Assembly: GCA_024639225.1 (NCBI GenBank)
Contig: JAHEIS010000001.1
Span: forward strand, 1-58,937
DNA length: 58,937 nucleotides
DNA from: Actinomycetes bacterium
GTDB taxonomy: Bacteria; Actinomycetota; Thermoleophilia; Miltoncostaeales; Miltoncostaeaceae
Reading direction: 5' to 3'
A model generated the notes under the pieces. That model did not search any database. It saw nothing but the letters and a program-made list of their open reading frames with translations, and was not told where the DNA came from. Below, piece after piece: positions 1 through 8,422 of the stretch. Made by a program: the position numbers and the translations under genes. The stretch's first letter is position 1. Each line of letters opens with the position of its first letter.

Positions 1-421
1 GCGGACGCCGGTCGCCGATCCCCAGTGCCTTGACCTCACTCTGGCCCCAGATGGCCGACGCGCCGTCGTCCCGGATCGCGTAGCGAACCCATTCGGTGTG
101 GTCCTGCGAGTAGCGCAACTCGGTCTCATATCCTCCGTCGACCGTCCGGATGATGAACGGCGCCTCGCCCGTGACGCTGCGTGAGATGCCCAGAGCGCTG
201 CGGGAGATGCGCTCATCTCCGGTCACGGCGTAGGTGTAGACCCCCGGCGCCGGCGCCCCGTCCAGCGGCTCAGCGGCGGCGGCGGGGGCCGCGGTGAAGT
301 CCTCGAGAGCGTTGTCGACCGTGGCCGCGCCGCTCGACTGAAGCAGAAACCACAGAACCCCGACGGCGACGGCGATGAGCACGACTGCCCCACCGCCGAA
401 CCATGCGAACTTGCGCCCCAT
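1..421 (-). CDS. hypothetical membrane-anchored protein (5' part; runs off the window edge)
   Basis: Minus-strand ATG (rc of 419..421) gives MGRKFAWFGGGAVVLIAVAVGVLWFLLQSSG..., an N-terminal TM helix. The frame stays open to position 1 and third positions are G/C-rich. No family recognised. Confidence 0.5.
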   Translation of the reverse strand, partial: MGRKFAWFGGGAVVLIAVAVGVLWFLLQSSGAATVDNALEDFTAAPAAAAEPLDGAPAPGVYTYAVTGDERISRSALGISRSVTGEAPFIIRTVDGGYETELRYSQDHTEWVRYAIRDDGASAIWGQSEVKALGIGDRRP

Positions 422-500
422 TGCTCCCACCTTCTCACAGCGCGCCGCTCCGGTGCGACCGGGAACGCATCCGTCCGAAGCTGCCCGTAGTATCGAACAC

Positions 501-668
501 ATGTTCTCTACCGACAGCACAGCGGCACCGGGCGCATCCGGTCCGACACCCTCCCAGGAGCCGCCACGCGCTCCGGACGGCGAGTGGGGATGGCTGGTTA
601 CGACCGACGGCCGGGTCGTCCTGGTCGACGCCGGCACCCGCGCCTCCGAGGACCGCTCGGCCGCCTGA
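501..668 (+). CDS. small hypothetical protein (55 aa), possibly leaderless
   Basis: ATG at 501 lies inside track ORF 375..668 and gives MFSTDSTAAPG...GEWGWLVTTDGRVVLVDAG.... Third positions are mostly G/C. A TAGTAT hexamer (488..493) sits 7 nt upstream of the ATG. No homology recognised. Confidence 0.25.
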   Translation: MFSTDSTAAPGASGPTPSQEPPRAPDGEWGWLVTTDGRVVLVDAGTRASEDRSAA

Positions 669-677
669 AGCCCGGGC

Positions 678-1028
678 TCAGTCCCGCGGCGCCTCCAGGC
701 CCGCGCACATGCTCAGTGCGACCTGGAGGGCCGCGGGGCCGCCCGCGCCCGAGATCATCATCGCCTGGCCGGCGCGGGCCGACAGGGACATCATGCGCCG
801 CCGCGGCTCGTCCGACACGACGAGCAGGGGCCGAGGGTCGTGGCGCAGTCGGTCGACCGCGTACCACCCCCCTTCCCCGTCGGCGGCGACGACGAGTACC
901 TCGGCCGTCTCGCCTGGCGTCGCGAGCGCGTCCGTCACGGTCACCTCGCAGTCGAGTGACTCGAGGTCGGCCAGCAGGCCCTCGACTGGGGCGCCGACTC
1001 CGGCGAGGAGTGCTACTCGGGTCGGCAT
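678..1028 (-). CDS. hypothetical protein (about 116 aa, possibly a degenerate receiver-like fold)
   Basis: C-terminal part of track ORF 678..1556, from ATG at 1028: MPTRVALLAGVGAPVEGLLADLESLDCEVTV...VLVVAADGEGG...PLLVVSDEP. The alternating beta/alpha pattern resembles a CheY-like fold. The upstream 176 codons look like over-extension into the divergent gene. Confidence 0.4.
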   Translation of the reverse strand: MPTRVALLAGVGAPVEGLLADLESLDCEVTVTDALATPGETAEVLVVAADGEGGWYAVDRLRHDPRPLLVVSDEPRRRMMSLSARAGQAMMISGAGGPAALQVALSMCAGLEAPRD

Positions 1029-1061
1029 CGGGAAGGCCCGCGGGCGGCTACGCTCTGGCTC

Positions 1062-1391
1062 ATGACCGAGCCGACGGTAGCGCCCGGCGCAGGTGATTTC
1101 TGGAGCGTCGCCCTTCCCGCCGACGCGGAGGCGCCTTTTGAGGTTTTCGTCAACGGAGTTCCGCGCCAGGAAGGCGTCGACTACCGCGTCGACGGCCGCT
1201 GGCTGCGTTTCTCGACGCCCCTGCGCTCCCGGCCGCGAGTGGGTTTTGGGCGTCGGCTGATGCTGTTGGCCGGCATCGGTGTGTACGGCGACCTCCGCAG
1301 CGATGCGGTCGACATCCACTGGAGTGAGGGGCGGCGCTCCGCCCAGGGACTCGAGATCCTCCCGCCGCAGGAGCCGCTCACGGACTCCTGA
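1062..1391 (+). CDS. hypothetical protein (109 aa)
   Basis: Track ORF with G/C-rich third positions. A TACGCT hexamer (1049..1054) lies exactly 7 nt upstream of the ATG, a leaderless-type arrangement. No family recognised. Confidence 0.5.
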   Translation: MTEPTVAPGAGDFWSVALPADAEAPFEVFVNGVPRQEGVDYRVDGRWLRFSTPLRSRPRVGFGRRLMLLAGIGVYGDLRSDAVDIHWSEGRRSAQGLEILPPQEPLTDS

Positions 1392-1492
1392 CGGGCGGCC
1401 GCCGACGGGCTGTCGCACGAAATCCCGCACGAGCGCTAGGCTCCCGGCGTGCCCGGTCGCGCACTGGCCGTGGGCCGACACGAATCTGGCTG

Positions 1493-1939
1493 ATGACCAC
1501 CGAACCCACAGATCCGCCTGCGCCCGACGAGCAGGACACCGCGTCGAACACACCACCGACGCCCATGAGCCGCGGCAAGATCCGCCGGGCCCGGAAGCGC
1601 CTGGTCGGCGAGCGCGAGGAGGCGCTGTTCCACCTCGGTGGCCTCGTCCACGACCTCCATCGTCGGGGCGGCATCGACCCCGGCCTTCTCGAGCGCCGCA
1701 GCGGCAAGATCGATGAGATCGACCACCAGATCCAACTCCTGGACTGGCGTCTTGAGACTCTCGGCCGCGAGCGTCGGGCGCGGCGCTCGGGAGGACCGAT
1801 CGAGGCCGGCCACTGCCTCAACTGCCGGACGCCTTTCATGGCCGAGGCCCAGTTCTGCGCGCGCTGCGGGGTTCCCTTCGGTCCGATGTCAGACCCGGCC
1901 GGGATGACGATGGAGATTGAAGGGCTTCCGCCGACGTGA
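1493..1939 (+). CDS. zinc-ribbon domain protein with a central coiled-coil segment
   Basis: C-terminal CxxC...CxxC (CLNCRTPFMAEAQFCARCG). It is preceded by a helical, charged segment (KRLVGEREEALFHLGGLVHDL...EIDHQIQLLDWRLETLGRERR). Its stop overlaps the next gene's start (GTGA at 1936..1939). Confidence 0.6.
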   Translation: MTTEPTDPPAPDEQDTASNTPPTPMSRGKIRRARKRLVGEREEALFHLGGLVHDLHRRGGIDPGLLERRSGKIDEIDHQIQLLDWRLETLGRERRARRSGGPIEAGHCLNCRTPFMAEAQFCARCGVPFGPMSDPAGMTMEIEGLPPT

Positions 1940-2793
1940 CCGAGGACGAAAACCTCCCCCCGATCTCTGACGGCGAGCCCGCACCTCCCGACTCCGAGCC
2001 CGACGCGCCCCTCACCTGCACCGAGTGCGGCGGGGAGCTCGGACCCGCCCAGGCCTACTGCCTGAACTGCGGCGAACCCACTCCGGCCGCACCCCCGGCG
2101 TGCACCGCGACCCGGGCGACAGGCCTGCTGGCCGCTGGGCTCATCATCGCCGGCTTGGGCGCGGGCGCCATCGGGTTCGCGGTCGCGACCGACGGGGATG
2201 GCGGAAGTGGCTCCCCCGCGGGGGCGACCTCTCAGGTCCCGCCGACCGACGCGACCAGCACCAACTCCGCTCCGCCGTCCACGACCGTACCGACTCCGAC
2301 CGTTGTGACGTCGGTCGACCCCACGGCCACGGTACCCGGTGTGACGTCGGTCGACCCCACGGCCACGGTACCCGGTGTGACCACGCCCTCCGCAACGACT
2401 GCCCCATCGACGACGGGTATCCCGGAGACCACGCTCCCGAGCGCCTCGGGAACCCTGCCGCCCGCGACCACGACCGTCACCACGACCCGGACCGTCACGA
2501 CCTCCGAGGGCAGCGCAGCCAGGAGCACCGATGACTGGCCAAACGGCCGGAGCGGCTGGACCGCGATCGTGAAGTCGACGACCAGCAGGGACGAAGCACT
2601 GGCGTTCGAGGCGGGCTTGGCGTCAAGTGGTCGCAGCGCCGGCGTACTCAGATCTGACAACTACTCGAGCCTGAACAACGGCTATTACGTCGTGTTCAGC
2701 GGGACCTACACCACTCGCGACCAGGCCGCCATGCAGGCGCGGGCCCTCCAGGGAAGGTTCCCGGGCGCCTACCCCCGGGCGGTCGTCCCCTAG
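1936..2793 (+). CDS. zinc-ribbon / TM / Thr-Pro-rich linker / SPOR-domain protein
   Basis: N-terminal CTECGG...CLNCG zinc ribbon. TM helix GLLAAGLIIAGLGAGAIGFAVA. A T/P/S-rich linker follows. C-terminal SPOR-like domain (GWTAIVKSTTSRDEALAFEAGL...GYYVVFSGTYTTRDQAAMQARAL). Confidence 0.75.
   Translation: MTEDENLPPISDGEPAPPDSEPDAPLTCTECGGELGPAQAYCLNCGEPTPAAPPACTATRATGLLAAGLIIAGLGAGAIGFAVATDGDGGSGSPAGATSQVPPTDATSTNSAPPSTTVPTPTVVTSVDPTATVPGVTSVDPTATVPGVTTPSATTAPSTTGIPETTLPSASGTLPPATTTVTTTRTVTTSEGSAARSTDDWPNGRSGWTAIVKSTTSRDEALAFEAGLASSGRSAGVLRSDNYSSLNNGYYVVFSGTYTTRDQAAMQARALQGRFPGAYPRAVVP
2305..2376 (+). repeat. perfect 2 x 36-bp in-frame tandem duplication inside the SPOR-protein linker
   Basis: gtgacgtcggtcgaccccacggccacggtacccggt occurs at 2305..2340 and again at 2341..2376, encoding VTSVDPTATVPG twice. 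Confidence 0.95.
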
Positions 2794-3089
2794 GCCCTGC
2801 TGCCGCCAGCCGCGATGTCGGCGGCGAGTTCCCGAATCGATCGCTCGCGCTCGGGGCCTCCATAGGTCTCGTAGAGGTACTTGACGACCTGACGCGAGTC
2901 CTGGACCACGGTGTCGCCGTCGACCAGGACCGGCACCAGGCGCTGCCCTGACACCCGCTCGACGACATCCCGGTCGTCCCGGTCATAGGGCACGTTGATG
3001 ATCGTGTACTCCTCGACCCCAACGTTGCGTAGGCCCTGACGTGCGGCGGCGCACCACGGGCAGCGTTCCAGTTGGTAGAGCGTGATCAC
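2790..3089 (-). CDS. glutaredoxin-family protein
   Basis: ITLYQLERCPWCAAARQGL...VPVLVDGD carries a CPWC redox motif in a thioredoxin fold. I prefer the GTG at 3089, preceded by GAGGAG, over the track start at 3173. Confidence 0.75.
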   Translation of the reverse strand: MITLYQLERCPWCAAARQGLRNVGVEEYTIINVPYDRDDRDVVERVSGQRLVPVLVDGDTVVQDSRQVVKYLYETYGGPERERSIRELAADIAAGGSRA

Positions 3090-3117
3090 GGCGTCTCCTC
3101 TGATGTGTCCGGCGGTG

Positions 3118-4170
3118 TCAGCGCGGCACCGCCCAGGTCCCCTTGAGTCGCTCGGCGTCTCCCGGCGTGACAATCGTCAACCGCCCCGCCGGTGCACTGA
3201 GACTGAAGCGGCCCCGTGGGCCCGTGCGGACCCGCCCGGCGACCCGTCCACGGGCATCGCGCATGATGACCGGCAGCCGTCCTCCCCGCGGGACGATCCG
3301 GCCGGTCACGGCGGATCCGCTGCGCCGGAGCCCCCGCATGGCGGTGGTCCGTACGACCCGTCCGATGACGCGGAACTGGATGTCGTGCGCACCGGGAATC
3401 GCGATCACCCGGACGCGCCCCCGCCGGGCCCGGGGCGGCAGCGGTACGCGCAGACGGCGCCAGCCGCGGGCGACTGAGGACGTGCGCATGCGCCCCGCGG
3501 CGCGGACCCGCACCCGGCCGCTGCCTCGTGCCTCGACCTCGATGAACCGGGCGCCCGGTCCGGTCGCGAAGCGGCGGCTGAGAATCTCGACCCGCTCTCG
3601 GGCGACGATCACCCGCCGCCCGCCCGCCCGGGAGACCCGCGGTGCTCCGCGGGTCACGGCCCAGCCGGGGATCGGCGCGGCGACCGGTCCCAACCGGCCG
3701 ATGTCCACGCTCCGACCCAGGGCCGCCACGGGGTCAAAGGCGAGACGCAGGAGTGGCCCATCCGACGGTCGCAGCCAGACCCAGCTCAGGCGCTCGCGGC
3801 GCGCGGGCTCGAGCGTGGCGCGGAGTCCGCCGCCGTCGCGGCGGACATCGAGGACCGGGGCCCCGGCGGCGGCTCGGTGCCGTACCGCGACCGCGGCCCC
3901 GGACGCCGGGATCGCGAACTCCGGCGACACGAGGATGCTGTTGGACACCACCCGCCAGCGGCCACCGACCAGCCGGGGCGCAACGGCCCCGCGATGAGAC
4001 CACGACGTCGGCGCGGCGCCGGGGTTTCCCCCCCGCACCGTGTCGAGGACGCGAGGTGACTCGCGCAGATCGTGATTCGGAGCATTCGCCAGCGCGGAGG
4101 CAGGGCTCAGCAGAAGCGCAGCGGCGATGCAGACACGTCTCAGGGGGGTCGTCCGGGTCCGATGTACCAT
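3118..4170 (-). CDS. secreted Arg-rich hypothetical protein
   Basis: Signal-peptide-like N-terminus MVHRTRTTPLRRVCIAAALLLSPASALA. The C-terminal segment resembles a carboxypeptidase-regulatory-like beta-sandwich (VTGRIVP...ARGRVAGRVRTGPRGRFSLSAPAGRLTIV). Family not firmly recognised. Confidence 0.5.
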   Translation of the reverse strand: MVHRTRTTPLRRVCIAAALLLSPASALANAPNHDLRESPRVLDTVRGGNPGAAPTSWSHRGAVAPRLVGGRWRVVSNSILVSPEFAIPASGAAVAVRHRAAAGAPVLDVRRDGGGLRATLEPARRERLSWVWLRPSDGPLLRLAFDPVAALGRSVDIGRLGPVAAPIPGWAVTRGAPRVSRAGGRRVIVARERVEILSRRFATGPGARFIEVEARGSGRVRVRAAGRMRTSSVARGWRRLRVPLPPRARRGRVRVIAIPGAHDIQFRVIGRVVRTTAMRGLRRSGSAVTGRIVPRGGRLPVIMRDARGRVAGRVRTGPRGRFSLSAPAGRLTIVTPGDAERLKGTWAVPR

Positions 4171-4178
4171 CGGAGCGC

Positions 4179-6095
4179 ATGATAGGCGGGCCGAGCGACC
4201 AACCCGAGCCGATCGTGGTGGGTGTCGACGTCGGCGGCACGTTCACCGACGCGGTCGTCCTCGGCGGCGGACAGGTGCGGACGGCCAAGGTGCCGACGAC
4301 ACCGGACGACCAGTCCCGCGGAGTCCTCGATGCCGTGGCCGGCGCCCTCGGTGACGCGGGGCGGGACCCCGGATCCGTCACGGGCCTCACCCACGGCATG
4401 ACCGTCGGCACGAATGCCCTTCTCGAGGGCCGTGGTGCACAGACGGCGCTCGTGGCCACCGAGGGCTTCACCGACGTCCTCGAGCTCCGACGCCAGGATC
4501 GTGCCCACCTCTACCGCCTGTCCGACCGCCACCCGCCACCGCTGGTCGGCCCACAGGAGCACGTGGGCGTGGTCGAGCGCGTGGGCGCCGAAGGGGTGCT
4601 CATTCCCCTCGCCGAGGAGGAGATTGGCCGGGTCGTGGAGGCCGTCGCGGAACGCGACCCGGAGTCGGTCGCCGTCGGTCTTCTGTTCTCCTTCGCCCAT
4701 CCCGAGCATGAACGGCGACTCACCGACGCCCTGCGCCGCCGCCTCCCGGGCGTCCACGTCACGGGCTCAGCGGAGCTGATTCCGGAGATCCGCGAATACG
4801 AACGCATCTCGACCGCCGCGGTGGATGCCTATCTCACGCCCGTCGTCGGCCGGTATCTCGGGCGACTCGGGGAGGCCTGCGACACGGCCGGGCTTCCTCG
4901 CCCGGACATCATGCTCTCGAACGGCGGCGTTCTGCCCATCGGCGCCGCCGCCGAGCACGCGGCCCTCACCGTCCTGAGCGGGCCGGCGGGTGGCGTCATT
5001 GGGGCGGCGGCGCTGGCCCGCTCCGCGGGCGAGGAGACGATCCTCAGTTTCGACATGGGCGGAACATCGACGGATGTCGCCCTGGTCATGGATGGAGCGC
5101 CCGGCCGTGCCCCCGGATCGACGATCGCCGGCCACCCGGTCCACCTCCCGGTTCTCGACATCGAGACGGTCTCTGCCGGCGGTGGCAGCATCGCCTGGGC
5201 CGACAGTGGGGGCGCCCTGCGGGTGGGGCCGAGGTCGGCCGGCGCCCGGCCGGGTCCCGCGGGCTACGGACGCGGTGGCGGTGACGCGACGGTCACCGAC
5301 GCGAACATCGTCCTCGGGCGCATCGATGTGTCCGACCCTCTCAGCGGCGAAGTGGCGCTCGATGCTGACGCCGCCCAGGCGGCGGTCGGGCGGCTCGGCG
5401 ACGAACTCGGGCTGGATACCCCGACCTGCGCCGAGGGGATCATCGCCGTCGCCGTCCAGGAGATGGTCGCCGCTCTCCGGACCGTCAGCGTCGAGAGAGG
5501 CGTGGACCCCCGGCAGGCAACGCTCGTCGCGTTCGGCGGCGCCGGGCCCCTCCACGCCTGCGCGGTCGCCGACGAGCTCGGGTGCCCCCGCGTGCTCGTG
5601 CCACCGGCGGCGGGAATGCTCGCCGCGGCGGGGCTCGCCGCCGCACCGATACGGCGCGATCTGGTCCAGACCGTGCTCCTGGACGTTCGGGCGTCGGAGG
5701 AACTGGGGCGGGTGCGTAGGGATCTCCGCGACCGGGCGCAAGACGCCGTGCCGGGCGGACATCTCGGCGAAGAGGCGGACTGCCGCTACCTCGGTCAGAG
5801 CTTCACTCTCACGGTACCGTGGGCCGACGGTGACGCCGGAGCCCTGCTCGCGAACTTTGAGGAAGCCTACGCCCGGCGCTATGGCTCAGCGGACCCGGGG
5901 CAGGCGGTCGAGGTCGTCTCCCTCCGTGTTCACATCGAGCGGGATCGGGCGATGCCGGCGCTGACGGGTCAGCCCGGGGTCACGGCGCGCGGCCCGGCCG
6001 GCCGGCGGATCGACGGAGCGAGCCTGTGGATCGGGGACCGCTGGTCGGCGTCGCCGGCGGACACCGGCGGAACTCTTCTCGAGCGGGAGGCCTGA
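4179..6095 (+). CDS. hyuA: hydantoinase/oxoprolinase family protein, A subunit
   Basis: From ATG 4179: MIGGPSDQPEPIVVGVDVGGTFTDAVV..., the typical HyuA N-terminus. The track ORF start at 3642 is an over-extension across the divergent gene. Confidence 0.85.
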   Translation: MIGGPSDQPEPIVVGVDVGGTFTDAVVLGGGQVRTAKVPTTPDDQSRGVLDAVAGALGDAGRDPGSVTGLTHGMTVGTNALLEGRGAQTALVATEGFTDVLELRRQDRAHLYRLSDRHPPPLVGPQEHVGVVERVGAEGVLIPLAEEEIGRVVEAVAERDPESVAVGLLFSFAHPEHERRLTDALRRRLPGVHVTGSAELIPEIREYERISTAAVDAYLTPVVGRYLGRLGEACDTAGLPRPDIMLSNGGVLPIGAAAEHAALTVLSGPAGGVIGAAALARSAGEETILSFDMGGTSTDVALVMDGAPGRAPGSTIAGHPVHLPVLDIETVSAGGGSIAWADSGGALRVGPRSAGARPGPAGYGRGGGDATVTDANIVLGRIDVSDPLSGEVALDADAAQAAVGRLGDELGLDTPTCAEGIIAVAVQEMVAALRTVSVERGVDPRQATLVAFGGAGPLHACAVADELGCPRVLVPPAAGMLAAAGLAAAPIRRDLVQTVLLDVRASEELGRVRRDLRDRAQDAVPGGHLGEEADCRYLGQSFTLTVPWADGDAGALLANFEEAYARRYGSADPGQAVEVVSLRVHIERDRAMPALTGQPGVTARGPAGRRIDGASLWIGDRWSASPADTGGTLLEREA

Positions 6096-6099
6096 CCCC

Positions 6100-7626
6100 G
6101 TGGATCCGGTGACCCTCCAGGTGATGTCGGCGGCGCTGCGTGGCGTTGCCGAGGAGATGGCGGCGGCCCTGATCCGGACCGCCTACAGCCCGAACATCAA
6201 GGAGCGCCGCGACTGCAGCACCGCACTGTTCGACGCCGAGGGCCGGCTGGCCGTGCAGTCGGCATCGATCCCGGTTCATCTTGGCGCCATGCCCGAAGCT
6301 GTTGCTGCGGTGATGGCGGCTGGAGCCGCGCAGGGGGACGTCTGGGCGGTCAACGATCCCTATCGCGGGGGCACCCACCTGCCGGATCTCACCCTGATCG
6401 CGCCGATGGTCCTCGCGGGAGAGATCATGGGGTACTCGGTGTCGCGGGCCCATCACGCCGACATCGGCGGGATGAGCCCGGGCAGCATGCCGTCGGGCTC
6501 GCGGGAGCTGCTCCAGGAAGGGTTGGTGATACCTCCCGTCCCGCTCGTGCGGGACGGGAGGCCCGAGACGGCCGTCATGGACCTCATCCTCGCCAACACG
6601 CGTACGCCCGGTGAACGGCGAGGCGATCTCCGGGCCCAGTTGGCGTGTCACGCCCGCGCCCAGGACCGGATCTCCGAGGTTGCCTCCCGTCACGGCGCCG
6701 CGCGCATCGCGGAGGCGTTCGCCGCCGTCTACTCCTACAGCGCGCGCCGCATGCGTGCCGCCCTGGCCGAGCTGCCGGATGGAACCTGGGTCGCCGACGA
6801 CGTCCTCGAGGGAGACGGCGTCACGAATGAGTCGCTGACGATCCGAGCGGCGGCCCGGATCGCCGGAGACGCCCTCACGGTCGACTTCCGGGGGACCTCG
6901 CCCGCGGGTCCGGGCAACCTGAACTGCCCGCTCGCGGTCACCCGGTCCGCGGTCTGGTTCGTTCTCCGGAGCCTGACCGACCCCGACATTCCCGCCTCGG
7001 CGGGTGCCTTCGCGCCGGTGGAGATCATCACCGAGCCGGGCAGTCTCATCGACGCCCGTCCGCCCTCGGCGGTGGCGGGTGGGAACGTCGAGACCTCGAG
7101 CCGGATCGTGGACGTGGTCACGGCCGCCCTGGCCGGGGCGGTCGCGGCCCCCGCCGCGGGTCAGGGCACGATGAACAACCTGACCATCGGCAACGGTGAC
7201 TTCACCTACTACGAGACCCTCGGCGGCGGCCAGGGTGCTGGCCCATCGGGGGCGGGGCCCTCAGGCGTACACGTCGCGATGAGCAACACGCTCAACACGC
7301 CTGTCGAGAGCCTCGAGACCGCGTACCCCCTGCGAATCGAGCGCTACGAGATCCGCCGGGGGACGGGGGGCGCCGGTCAGCACAGGGGCGGCGACGGCGT
7401 CCGGCGCGATATCAGGCTGCTCGTGGACGCGGAAGCGTCGCTCATCACCGAGCGCCGCGAGAAGGGTCCTCCCGGTCGCGAGGGCGGCCGCCCCGGAACG
7501 CCGGGGCAGAACAGCCTCAACGGCGAGGTGATCGGGGCGAAATGGAGAGGGCGCATCCGGGCCGGCGACGTGATCCGGATCGAGACCCCGGGCGGAGGGG
7601 GCTGGGGGGAGCCTGCGTCGGACTAA
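6100..7626 (+). CDS. hyuB: hydantoinase B/oxoprolinase family protein
   Basis: MDPVTLQVMSAALRGVAEEMAAALIRTAYSPNIKERRDCSTALFD... is the HyuB signature N-terminus. It starts 4 nt after the hyuA stop. Confidence 0.85.
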   Translation: MDPVTLQVMSAALRGVAEEMAAALIRTAYSPNIKERRDCSTALFDAEGRLAVQSASIPVHLGAMPEAVAAVMAAGAAQGDVWAVNDPYRGGTHLPDLTLIAPMVLAGEIMGYSVSRAHHADIGGMSPGSMPSGSRELLQEGLVIPPVPLVRDGRPETAVMDLILANTRTPGERRGDLRAQLACHARAQDRISEVASRHGAARIAEAFAAVYSYSARRMRAALAELPDGTWVADDVLEGDGVTNESLTIRAAARIAGDALTVDFRGTSPAGPGNLNCPLAVTRSAVWFVLRSLTDPDIPASAGAFAPVEIITEPGSLIDARPPSAVAGGNVETSSRIVDVVTAALAGAVAAPAAGQGTMNNLTIGNGDFTYYETLGGGQGAGPSGAGPSGVHVAMSNTLNTPVESLETAYPLRIERYEIRRGTGGAGQHRGGDGVRRDIRLLVDAEASLITERREKGPPGREGGRPGTPGQNSLNGEVIGAKWRGRIRAGDVIRIETPGGGGWGEPASD

Positions 7627-8375
7627 CCGGCCAGGTCGAAGCCCACGAAGACGATCGCGTCGGCGCTGCCGACCTCGCTCTCGGTGAACGCCCCGTCGAG
7701 CGGAGAAGTAACCGTGACTCCCAGATCGTTTGCGACGTTCAGCGCGACGTCCTCTTTGCCCTCCGGCCACATCACGACCGAGCGTTCCAGGTCCTGACGG
7801 CTGTCGGGTGAGTCGCCGATCGGCCCCACGGTATAGCCGAAGAACTCGACCCGTGGCGCCGTGATGTCTCCGGCGGCACCGTTGACGTTGGTGGCATTGT
7901 AGATCGCGACGGTGTACTGACCCTTGTCCACGAGCGGAGGCGGGTTCTCGAGGTCGCCACCGCCCGGCGTGGGGCTGGCGGGATCGCCTTCGCCGGCGAG
8001 CAGGGCCGGCTCGTCGTCACCACTGCCACTGCTCTGATTTTCCTCGGCGGCGGGCGGCTCGGGCGATGAGGCGCCCCCGTCACGACCGAGGACAAACCAT
8101 CCGCCGACGCCGATGATCGCGAGAACCGCGATCGTCACGAGCCCGAGTGTGATGCTTCGGGCCGGGGACGGGGTCCCCGTCGACAGGGCGGCGCGAGCCT
8201 GGAGCTGGCGGACCCGCTCGAGCGAGGCGTCAGCGGCCGATCCGCCACCCTGCTGCAGCTGCTCCTCGAGGCGTCGCAGGGCGCGCCCCACCATGAAGGA
8301 GCGGAATCCGAGGGCGATCACGCCGAAAAGGGCGACGAGCGCGGCAATGGGGACGAGGAGCCCGATGTCGACCAT
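7623..8375 (-). CDS. membrane protein with a LytR_C-like C-terminal domain
   Basis: Two TM helices, a low-complexity linker, then YTVAIYNATNVNGAAGDITAPRVEFFGYTVGPIGDSP...VMWPEGKEDVALNVANDLG, the LytR cell-envelope C-terminal domain pattern. Confidence 0.65.
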   Translation of the reverse strand: MVDIGLLVPIAALVALFGVIALGFRSFMVGRALRRLEEQLQQGGGSAADASLERVRQLQARAALSTGTPSPARSITLGLVTIAVLAIIGVGGWFVLGRDGGASSPEPPAAEENQSSGSGDDEPALLAGEGDPASPTPGGGDLENPPPLVDKGQYTVAIYNATNVNGAAGDITAPRVEFFGYTVGPIGDSPDSRQDLERSVVMWPEGKEDVALNVANDLGVTVTSPLDGAFTESEVGSADAIVFVGFDLAG

Positions 8376-8422
8376 CGGCGGGCGAGGCTATCAGTCGGTC
8401 CGGCGGCGCCGGGCGGGGCCGG

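Noticed and set aside
2305-2376. The 36-bp direct repeat considered as a possible CRISPR fragment.
   Set aside because: There are only two copies, directly adjacent with no spacer. They are in frame inside a coding linker, and no cas genes are present.
3642-4178. 5' over-extensions of track ORFs: hyuA from 3642, relA to 11068, UPF0104 to 27732, the binding protein from 29261, thiG from 32284, thiED from 32670, the GNAT from 43661, tsaE to 58272.
   Set aside because: The extensions run through neighbouring genes or the riboswitch and translate to Arg/Pro-rich nonsense. Internal starts coincide with conserved N-termini, with RBS-like motifs or with 4-nt stop/start overlaps.
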